A stretch of DNA of 64,000 nt from an uncultured Bacteroidaceae bacterium (GTDB lineage Bacteria; Bacteroidota; Bacteroidia; Bacteroidales; Bacteroidaceae), in contig CALUJL010000021.1 of NCBI GenBank assembly GCA_944320955.1, positions 130,516 to 194,515 on the forward strand. Direction: 5' to 3'. The position numbers and the translations under genes were made by a program. The notes under the pieces are model-generated. The model made no database searches, was not told the DNA's origin, and was given only the letters and a program-made list of their open reading frames with translations. Shown piece after piece: positions 30,953 through 38,298 of this stretch; position 1 is the first letter of the stretch; each line of letters opens with the position of its first letter.

Positions 30953-31378
30953 ATGGACAACGAGCAAGAAGCCTACGATTACTGCATGCGCCACCCCCTG
31001 GAGCGTCCCAAGGTCTACCCTGTGGCGGGACTCGCTTTCGCCATCTCGGGCGAAGCAGGACTGCAGGAAATGGCACGCTTCCTTAGCAAGGCGCTCAGAG
31101 AAAACACCGCATGGGAGCCTTCGACCTTCTCGTGCTACTGCTTGCTCAGCGTCCTTCTACTGCTGCTGGGTGGGCGATGGATTGCCATCTATGCCATACG
31201 CGGCTACCAACGGTACGCCCCCGAAGCCATGCGGCGCAAATGCACCTGCAAGCCCAGCTGCAGCGAATATGCCATCGAAGCGATACGGAAATACGGGCTC
31301 TTCGCCGGAAGCCGTAAGACTTTCCGCCGCATCACCCGTACCTGCGGCAACGGGCACTATACCATAGATTACCCGTAA
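30953..31378 (+). CDS. yidD: YidD-like protein (membrane protein insertion efficiency factor family, PF01809-like) with an N-terminal extension and TM helix
   Basis: C-terminal region YQRYAPEAMRRKCTCKPSCSEYAIEAIRKYGLFAGSRKTFRRITRTC matches the YidD signature (YQR..P....CR..PSCS.Y..EA...G...G......RI.RC). Confidence 0.5.
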   Translation: MDNEQEAYDYCMRHPLERPKVYPVAGLAFAISGEAGLQEMARFLSKALRENTAWEPSTFSCYCLLSVLLLLLGGRWIAIYAIRGYQRYAPEAMRRKCTCKPSCSEYAIEAIRKYGLFAGSRKTFRRITRTCGNGHYTIDYP

Positions 31379-31417
31379 CCAGAACTCAAAAAAACAACTC
31401 TCTAATCTTTCCACACT

Positions 31418-32584
31418 ATGGGATTCTTCAATAAACGCCGCTACGACGGCCTTACCCACGACGGCCAAGGTGAAGTACGCCAAGGCTTGATAGACCGCAT
31501 CAAATATGAGGGAGAAGAAACAGACATTGTATGGAAATTCCCATACGACAACCTCAGCACCGGATCCCAGCTGATAGTAAACCACAGCCAAGAAGCCATA
31601 TTCGTCAGCAACGGGACAATCGCCGACATCTTCGAAGGGGGCAAGTATACACTGGACGCGCACAACATACCCATAATCCAAAAGCTCATCAACCTCCCGT
31701 TCGGGGGCAAGACCCCTTTCACGGCCGAAGTATGGTATGTCAACTTAACGCCTAAACGCAACCTGAAATTCGGCATAAAAGTCCGCGCCCACGACACCTA
31801 CTTCAAAAGCCTGGTGGACATTAAAGGGTACGGGCAGTACGGCATCCGTGTCACAGACAGCGGGACACTAATCCGCGAACTGGTAGGCACACAGCACTTA
31901 CTCGATACGGAAAGCATCACAGAAAACTTCCGCGCAAAAATAAACGAGCTGGCCTCCTCAAGCATCCAACGCTATGTCGCCGAAACCGGCATCAGCGTTT
32001 CCACGCAAATGAGCACGGCAGCCCCCGCCATCTCCGGCTATATCCGGCAAGCCCTGCAAGAGGAATTCAGCAAATACGGCCTGCAAGTCGAAAACTTCAA
32101 CTTCGAATCATTGGATGCCGACGTAGAGAAACAGATGCAAGGACAACAGGCAGGAAGCAGCGAGCGGGCACGTCTCGACGCCTTGGGCATCGACTACCGC
32201 CAGGAACGCCAACTCGACATCCTGGAGACCGCCGCAGGAAACGAAGGCTCAGCCGGACAGGTCATGGGTGCCGGCATAGGACTCGGCATGGGATTCGGCA
32301 TGGGCAACGTATTCGGGACGCAAATGAACCAAATGGCCGGCAATATGGCACAGCAACCGACCGTCCCGCCACCACCTCCCGCCCTTTGGCACATACTCCT
32401 CAACGGCGTACAGCAAGGCCCGCACGACATGGGCCAAATAAGCCAAATGGCGCAGTCCGGAATCCTGACACGCGACACGTATGTCTGGAAAGCAGGCATG
32501 CCCCAATGGGCGAAAGCATGCGACTGCCCGGAATTACAAAACCTATTCAGCACAACTCCCCCGCCTCCGCCACCCGGAATCTAA
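31418..32584 (+). CDS. SPFH/Band-7 domain protein (Band_7_1 / YdjI-like) with a C-terminal GYF-like (DUF4339-type) domain and a poly-Pro tail
   Basis: N-terminal SPFH region (GLIDRIKYEGEETDIVWKFPYDNLSTGSQLIVNHSQEAIFV); Gly/Met-rich linker; C-terminal WHILLNGVQQGPHDMGQISQMAQSGILTRDTYVWKAGMPQW. Confidence 0.65.
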   Translation: MGFFNKRRYDGLTHDGQGEVRQGLIDRIKYEGEETDIVWKFPYDNLSTGSQLIVNHSQEAIFVSNGTIADIFEGGKYTLDAHNIPIIQKLINLPFGGKTPFTAEVWYVNLTPKRNLKFGIKVRAHDTYFKSLVDIKGYGQYGIRVTDSGTLIRELVGTQHLLDTESITENFRAKINELASSSIQRYVAETGISVSTQMSTAAPAISGYIRQALQEEFSKYGLQVENFNFESLDADVEKQMQGQQAGSSERARLDALGIDYRQERQLDILETAAGNEGSAGQVMGAGIGLGMGFGMGNVFGTQMNQMAGNMAQQPTVPPPPPALWHILLNGVQQGPHDMGQISQMAQSGILTRDTYVWKAGMPQWAKACDCPELQNLFSTTPPPPPPGI

Positions 32585-32633
32585 GCCAGCTCACAAGAAA
32601 ATTTACCGCCCACCGCAAAACTGCCACTTCCCC

Positions 32634-33386
32634 ATGCCGTCCAAACCACTCTCCATAGCCGCAAATGCCATCCTGCCGCCAGTTACAATGCTGTGCACCG
32701 CAGGGTTGTTTTTCCTGTTCATGCCCGAGAATGCAGGAAAACTTTTCTACACCAACCTCGTGTTCACCCTATTTCTCGAAACCATCTTTTTCTATTACCT
32801 TTACCTCCTCAGGAAAGGGCCGGAAGCGCTTTCCTTCCCCATGTTGGCGGCAATAGGCGTGAGCGCCATCTACTATATCGCCTGCTGCGGCATCTGGATT
32901 CTGGCATATTCGCTGTTTCTGTTTCTTTTTCTTTCCTTTAAAGCCTATATGGCCTTGCATATCATAATGATACTCCTGTGGGTCATCGGTGGAACGATTG
33001 TGGCGCAATTCGACAACGCCTACAAGGAACGAGCCGGCCTCGCACAAGAAAAGGCACAAGAGCTCAATCTCCTGCGACAACGCATGAAGCTAATCGTCGG
33101 CCGTTACCAGCACGCCATGAGAACCGCCGCCATCGTCCCGCCCGACGGTGGAAGCCAACTCGAGATCCTGTGCAACAAAATCGGAGGCATTCCGCCCCAC
33201 GGGTTCCGCAACGAGGCAAACAGGGCACAATTGGAAACCCTCATAGACCAATGCGGGCAGTTGCTCGAAACCCTCGAAAAAGCTGAGACAACGGACGAAA
33301 TACGGAAGTGCGACGAATCGCTCCGCCTGTTCGCCCGGGAAGCCGCAGCAGAAATAGGCCAATTCAGCCTAAAGGCAAAAAAATGA
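32634..33386 (+). CDS. Integral membrane protein (4-5 TM helices) with a C-terminal cytoplasmic coiled-coil region; hypothetical (YdjH-like by context)
   Basis: Start set at the ATG (MPSKPLSIAANAIL) downstream of the overlap with the preceding gene. Hydrophobic segments then a charged C-terminus. Confidence 0.5.
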   Translation: MPSKPLSIAANAILPPVTMLCTAGLFFLFMPENAGKLFYTNLVFTLFLETIFFYYLYLLRKGPEALSFPMLAAIGVSAIYYIACCGIWILAYSLFLFLFLSFKAYMALHIIMILLWVIGGTIVAQFDNAYKERAGLAQEKAQELNLLRQRMKLIVGRYQHAMRTAAIVPPDGGSQLEILCNKIGGIPPHGFRNEANRAQLETLIDQCGQLLETLEKAETTDEIRKCDESLRLFAREAAAEIGQFSLKAKK

Positions 33387-33428
33387 CAACACCAGCGGAC
33401 AACCACATCCGCCAAAGAATACGAACTC

Positions 33429-34016
33429 ATGGAAACGATCATTTTACGATGCCCCAACTGCAACGCCGCAGTCGAGAAAGGGCAAAAACAATGCGAATAC
33501 TGCAACAGTCCCATACTCATCCGCTCTTTCAAGGAAGCCGACGCACTGTCTCCATTGCAGACAAACAAGTATGCCTCAGCCTACCGGAAAGCCTTGGCAG
33601 AAACCCCCGATGATCGCGAAATAAACCGGTCCATAGGGATCTGCTACCTGAAGCTGAAATTGTACGACAAAGCGCTCGAAGCTTTTGAGAAAGCCCTACA
33701 GGACAACTTCGACGATGCAGAGCCCTACTTCCTGGCCGCAGTGGCACTCCTTCAGGGAAAGAAGGCATTCGTCGCCCCGCGCGCTTCCATAGACCGCGCA
33801 ACCGAGTACTTGGATGCAGCCAACGAGATAAACCCGCAACCCGTCCATTACTACTTCCTTGCCTACATCAAGTATGATTATTTCGAGCGTAAGTACCTGA
33901 ATACAAGCCCCACCTATACGGAACTCCTGGAAGAAGCCGCGCAACTCGGCATGACCGACGAAGACGCCGACGCATTCTTCCGCCTCCTTGGCGTGCCCAA
34001 GCCCGATGTACTATAG
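33429..34016 (+). CDS. Zinc-ribbon plus TPR-repeat protein (hypothetical; YdjG-like by context)
   Basis: N-terminal CPNC..(16)..CEYC zinc ribbon, followed by TPR-like helices (LKLYDKALEAFEKALQDN). Confidence 0.5.
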   Translation: METIILRCPNCNAAVEKGQKQCEYCNSPILIRSFKEADALSPLQTNKYASAYRKALAETPDDREINRSIGICYLKLKLYDKALEAFEKALQDNFDDAEPYFLAAVALLQGKKAFVAPRASIDRATEYLDAANEINPQPVHYYFLAYIKYDYFERKYLNTSPTYTELLEEAAQLGMTDEDADAFFRLLGVPKPDVL

Positions 34017-34042
34017 GAGAGCCTACCCGGTTTCCATAAATA

Positions 34043-34104
34043 GCCTTGCGGGTTTTCCCGGGAGAGGCATGAGGCTTCCCGGGAAAACCCGCAAGGCTTT
34101 TTCC
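34043..34104 (+). terminator. Intrinsic terminator: perfect 20-bp inverted repeat (gccttgcgggttttcccggg / cccgggaaaacccgcaaggc) with a 15-nt loop, followed by TTTTT
   Basis: Directly downstream of the TPR gene stop (34016). It is a member of the GC-rich hairpin repeat family. Confidence 0.6.
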
Positions 34105-34153
34105 ATAAGCTACAAGACGGAAATCCCAGACGGAAGTCGTATCTTTGCCCCTG

Positions 34154-35587
34154 ATGAGTACTTTTTTCCCCTATTCCACTGCACCTCCCGACTCTCCCCA
34201 CGCCGCGGGGCAGGCGCTCACCCTGCGCCAGCTGAACGGGCTGGTACGGCAGGTGCTGAAAAGCCAGTTCGACGCCCCCCTCTGGGTGCAGGCCGAAATC
34301 AGCGAGTTGCGCGTGGCCTCCAACGGGCACTGCTACCTGGAACTCATCGAGAAAGACCCTTCGGGACGAACCCCTGCGGCCAAGGCGCGCGGCATCGTAT
34401 GGAGCCGCACGTGGCCCGGCCTCCGCATGCGTTTCGAGGAAAGCACCGGGCAGCGGCTCGCTGCAGGCATCAAAGTGCAGGCCCTGGTGACGGTGGAATT
34501 CAGCGAAGTCTACGGCTACAGCCTCACGCTGCTCGACGTGGACCCCGCCTACACGCTGGGCGACCTGGCACGCCGCCGGCGCGAAATCCTGCGCCGCCTG
34601 GAGGAAGAGGGCGTCATCGACCTCAACAAGGAACTGCCCCTCCCCCCGCTGCTCCAGCGCATTGCCGTCGTCTCCTCCGCCACGGCCGCCGGCTACGGCG
34701 ACTTCCTCCGCCAACTGGAGGAGAACCCCTACCGGCTCCGCTTCCGCACCGAACTCTTCCCCGCCCTCATGCAGGGCGAAGGAGTAGAGGAAAGCATCCT
34801 CGCCGCCCTCGGGGCCATAGCCGACCGCAGCGAAGAGTTCGACGCGGTGGTCATCATACGCGGCGGCGGGGCCGTCAGCGACCTCGCCGGCTTCGACACC
34901 TACCTGCTGGCCGCGGCCTGTGCGCAGTTTCCCCTGCCGCTCATCACCGGCATCGGCCACGAACGGGACGACACGGTCATCGACCTCGTGGCCCACACGC
35001 GGGTGAAGACGCCCACCGCCGCCGCCCAGTTCCTCATCACCCACCAGCGGGAACAGCTCGACCGGCTTGCCGCACTCGCCCGCACCCTGCAGGAAGAGAC
35101 ACGCACGCTGCTCCACCTCCACGGCGAGGCCCTGCGCTCCGCCGGAGAGCGGCTGACGGGCGGCATGCCCCGCTTCCTCGCCCGCCAGGAAGCCCTCCTC
35201 GCCCGCCTGCAGGCGGAAGCCACGCACCGCGCCGGGGCTCTCCTGGCCCGCCACAGGCAGCAGCAGGCCGCCCTCGCCTACACCGCCGGACTCCGGCTGC
35301 ACAAGCGCCTCGAAGCCGAAAAGAGCCTCCTCGCCCTCCACCCGCCCCGCCTCCGGCAGGCCGCGCGGCAACTCCTGCTCCGCCACGGCCACGCCCTCGC
35401 CCTCATCGGCCAGCAGGCGCAAGCCGCCGACCCGGCCCGCATACTCCGCCGGGGCTACACCCTGACGCTCAGCGGCAGCCGCATCGTCACCTCCGCCCGG
35501 CAGGTAACGCCCGGCGAATGCCTCCGGACCCGATTCCACGACGGCACAGTCCGCAGCCGCGTCCTCCCCGACGAGAAACAACCCTGA
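34154..35587 (+). CDS. xseA: Exodeoxyribonuclease VII large subunit
   Basis: OB-fold N-terminus (LTLRQLNGLVRQVL..PLWVQAEISEL) and a long helical C-terminus. The first ATG at 34154 lies only 7 nt after a TAtcTTTG box (34140-34147), so the mRNA is possibly leaderless. Confidence 0.8.
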   Translation: MSTFFPYSTAPPDSPHAAGQALTLRQLNGLVRQVLKSQFDAPLWVQAEISELRVASNGHCYLELIEKDPSGRTPAAKARGIVWSRTWPGLRMRFEESTGQRLAAGIKVQALVTVEFSEVYGYSLTLLDVDPAYTLGDLARRRREILRRLEEEGVIDLNKELPLPPLLQRIAVVSSATAAGYGDFLRQLEENPYRLRFRTELFPALMQGEGVEESILAALGAIADRSEEFDAVVIIRGGGAVSDLAGFDTYLLAAACAQFPLPLITGIGHERDDTVIDLVAHTRVKTPTAAAQFLITHQREQLDRLAALARTLQEETRTLLHLHGEALRSAGERLTGGMPRFLARQEALLARLQAEATHRAGALLARHRQQQAALAYTAGLRLHKRLEAEKSLLALHPPRLRQAARQLLLRHGHALALIGQQAQAADPARILRRGYTLTLSGSRIVTSARQVTPGECLRTRFHDGTVRSRVLPDEKQP

Positions 35588-35620
35588 CCCCTTTCACCCC
35601 CAACCCCAACTCCCCGACAC

Positions 35621-35827
35621 ATGGAAACCCGCACCAAAGAAAAAGAAACCTACACCACCGCGCTCAAGCGGCTGCAGGAAATCGTGAACGAACTGGAAGA
35701 AGAAACCATCGACGTGGACGAACTGACGAAAAAACTCGCCGAAGCCCAGCGGCTGCTCGCCTTCTGCAAGAAAAAACTGGTGAAAACCGAGGAAGAAGTG
35801 CAGAAAATACTCGAAACAATGCAATAA
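35621..35827 (+). CDS. xseB: Exodeoxyribonuclease VII small subunit
   Basis: 68-aa helical protein (ALKRLQEIVNELEEETIDVDEL) immediately after xseA. Confidence 0.75.
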   Translation: METRTKEKETYTTALKRLQEIVNELEEETIDVDELTKKLAEAQRLLAFCKKKLVKTEEEVQKILETMQ

Positions 35828-35895
35828 TGTGCTAACAATAGGCTAACTTTGCGCGTTCGAAAAGCAAGAAAGAAACAAATAAAAACCATTAAGAT

Positions 35896-36915
35896 ATGTC
35901 AGAAATAGACTGGGCCAATCTGTCATTCGGCTATATGAAGACGGATTACAACGTGAGATGTTACTACCACAACGGCAAGTGGGGCGAAATAGAAGTGTGC
36001 AGCGAAGAGACCATCCCCCTGCACATGGCCGCCACCAGCCTGCACTACGGGCAAGAAGCTTTCGAGGGCCTGAAAGCCCGCCACTGCCCGGACGGCAAGA
36101 CGCGCATCTTCCGCTTGGAAGAGAACGCCGCCCGCCTGCAATCCACCTGCCGCGGCATCATGATGCCCGAGTTGCCCACGGAACTCTTCCGTGAGATGAC
36201 GCTCCGCGTGGTGAAGCTCAACGAACGATTCATCCCCCCTTATGAGAGCGGGGCCTCGCTCTACATCCGCCCGCTGCTCATCGGTACCACGGCACAGGTA
36301 GGCGTACACCCGGCCGAGGACTACCTGTTCCTCATCTTCGTTACCCCCGTGGGCCCGTACTTCAAGGGCGGATTTGCCTGCAACAACTACGTCATCACCC
36401 GCGCCTACGACCGCTCGGCGCCCCTCGGCACCGGTATCTACAAAGTGGGCGGCAACTACGCCGCCTCCCTGCGCGCCAACCACGAAGCGCACGAGGCCGG
36501 ATACGCCTGCGAGTTCTACCTCGACGCAAAAGAGAAGAAATACATAGACGAATGCGGCGCAGCCAACTTCTTCGGCATCAAGGACAACACCTACATCACG
36601 CCGAAGTCCACCTCCATACTGCCCTCCATCACCAACAAGAGCCTCATGCAGCTGGCCGAAGACCTGGGCATGAAAGTGGAACGCCGCCCCATCCCCGAGG
36701 AAGAACTGGGCACCTTCGAAGAAGCCGGCGCCTGCGGGACGGCCGCCGTCATCTCCCCCATCTCCGAAATCGACGACCCCGAGGCCGGAAAGAAGTACGT
36801 CTTCTCCCACGACGGGAAGCCCGGCCCCTGGAGCACGAAGCTCTACGAGAAACTCGTGGCCATACAGTACGGACTGGAGCCCGACGTGCACGGGTGGAAC
36901 ACCATCCTCGAATAA
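35896..36915 (+). CDS. ilvE: Branched-chain amino acid aminotransferase
   Basis: Class IV PLP aminotransferase motifs (EGLKA.., ..GTGIYKVGGNYAASL..). Confidence 0.85.
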   Translation: MSEIDWANLSFGYMKTDYNVRCYYHNGKWGEIEVCSEETIPLHMAATSLHYGQEAFEGLKARHCPDGKTRIFRLEENAARLQSTCRGIMMPELPTELFREMTLRVVKLNERFIPPYESGASLYIRPLLIGTTAQVGVHPAEDYLFLIFVTPVGPYFKGGFACNNYVITRAYDRSAPLGTGIYKVGGNYAASLRANHEAHEAGYACEFYLDAKEKKYIDECGAANFFGIKDNTYITPKSTSILPSITNKSLMQLAEDLGMKVERRPIPEEELGTFEEAGACGTAAVISPISEIDDPEAGKKYVFSHDGKPGPWSTKLYEKLVAIQYGLEPDVHGWNTILE

Positions 36916-36948
36916 CCCCCTTCCCCTCACCACATACCGAAAAGACGC

Positions 36949-37716
36949 ATGGGAAAGGGAAAACTCTCCAAATTCGCCGACATGCAGGCCTACCCGCATG
37001 TGTTCGAATACCCCTACGCCGCCATAGCCAACGCCTCCTTCCCCCTGAAGGGGCGCTGGCTATGCGGCTTTTTCCCCCACAGCGGCCCCATCGTCCTGGA
37101 GCTGGGCTGCGGGCGGGGCGAGTACACCGTGGGGCTGGCGCGCAAATTCCCGGAGAAAAACTTCATCGGCGTGGACATAAAAGGGGCGCGCATGTGGAGC
37201 GGGGCCACCGAGTCGCTGCGCGAAGGGATGCAGAACGTGGCCTTCCTGCGCACGCAGATTGAGTTCATCGACCGCTTCTTCGCCGAAGACGAGGTAGACG
37301 AAATCTGGATCACCTTCCCCGACCCGCAGATGAAGAAGTGCAGCAAGCGCCTCGTCTCCACAGGCTTCCTCCAGCGTTACGCCCGCTTCCTCCGCCCCGG
37401 GGGGCTCATCCACCTGAAGACGGACAGCCCGTTTCTCTACACCTACGCCAAGGCCCTGGTCGGCCTCAACCGCCTCCCCGTCCTCCACGACACGGCCGAC
37501 CTCTACGCCGACGGCAGCGGGGCCGACGACATCCTGCAGATCCGTACCTACTACGAGCAGCAGTGGCTCGACCGCGGACTTACCATCAAGTATCTCTGCT
37601 TCCGCCTCCCCGCCGGCACGGCCGGGCAACTCCAGGAGCCCGACATAGAGATCGAGCTCGACTCCTACCGCAGCTACAACCGCAGCAAGCGCAGCGCCCT
37701 GGCCTCCCACCAGTAG
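36949..37716 (+). CDS. trmB: tRNA (guanine-N7)-methyltransferase
   Basis: SAM-binding LELGCGRGE plus TrmB conserved blocks. Confidence 0.85.
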   Translation: MGKGKLSKFADMQAYPHVFEYPYAAIANASFPLKGRWLCGFFPHSGPIVLELGCGRGEYTVGLARKFPEKNFIGVDIKGARMWSGATESLREGMQNVAFLRTQIEFIDRFFAEDEVDEIWITFPDPQMKKCSKRLVSTGFLQRYARFLRPGGLIHLKTDSPFLYTYAKALVGLNRLPVLHDTADLYADGSGADDILQIRTYYEQQWLDRGLTIKYLCFRLPAGTAGQLQEPDIEIELDSYRSYNRSKRSALASHQ

Positions 37717-37789
37717 GATTCTGCACAAACAAACACAGCACGCGCCGTAACGTCTCAACCCGTTACGGCGCGTGCCATACATTCCCGCC

Positions 37790-38179
37790 TCAAAGCCCCA
37801 GCATAGCCGTAGGCTGTATGCCCAAAACGCGGCAAATCTGCCGGGCTATTTTCAGCGTAGGTTCCGAGCGTCCAGCTACATAGTCGTTTACCCTCGAAGG
37901 ACTTACGCCCAATTCGCTGGCCAACTGCCGCTGTGTCATGCCCTTCTCCTCAAGAGACAATTCTATTAACTCCGCCACAGTAGGCTTCTCTATCGGGAAG
38001 TGTTCCTTTTCGTAGGCAATGACAAGATCCGACATCACACTCAGTTCTACTGATCTTCTGTCTGTAGCCGGAGTTTCATCATCTACTTGGGGAAGCAATT
38101 CCTCTATCCGCGACAGAGCAAATTCATATTGTTCTTTGGTTACCTTAGCCATATCAAACTTCTTTAAATAGTAGAACAA
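37790..38179 (-). CDS. XRE-family HTH protein, HigA-type antitoxin-like
   Basis: C-terminal HTH (GMTQRQLASELGVSPSRVNDYVAGRSEPTLKIARQICRVLGI) with an N-terminal ~60-aa HigA-like extension. GC is lower than the window average and it is flanked by an AT-rich spacer (38180-38298). Confidence 0.65.
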   Translation of the reverse strand: MFYYLKKFDMAKVTKEQYEFALSRIEELLPQVDDETPATDRRSVELSVMSDLVIAYEKEHFPIEKPTVAELIELSLEEKGMTQRQLASELGVSPSRVNDYVAGRSEPTLKIARQICRVLGIQPTAMLGL

Positions 38180-38298
38180 TCCAACTTATCATACTCTTGA
38201 TGAGTGCATACCTTACGGATAAAAATATACCCCATTACAAACTTTATCACGACAATCAGACGATAATTATTTCCCTTTATATTGAATACAAATACAAC

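Noticed and set aside
32340-32420. Poly-proline stretch (PPPPPALW / TTPPPPPPGI) in the SPFH protein, which could have been a repeat or slippage site.
   Set aside because: It lies in frame within a coherent protein (a proline-rich linker flanking a GYF-like domain). Its DNA is not a simple homopolymer, so it is not a phase-variation candidate.
37790-38179. Possibility that the HTH protein is a classical C (controller) protein of the RM system.
   Set aside because: C proteins are usually ~80 aa and encoded upstream of and co-directional with R. This gene is 129 aa, has a HigA-like N-terminal extension and lies downstream of the RM gene, so it is called HigA-like. A regulatory role is not excluded, and it is kept in the findings.
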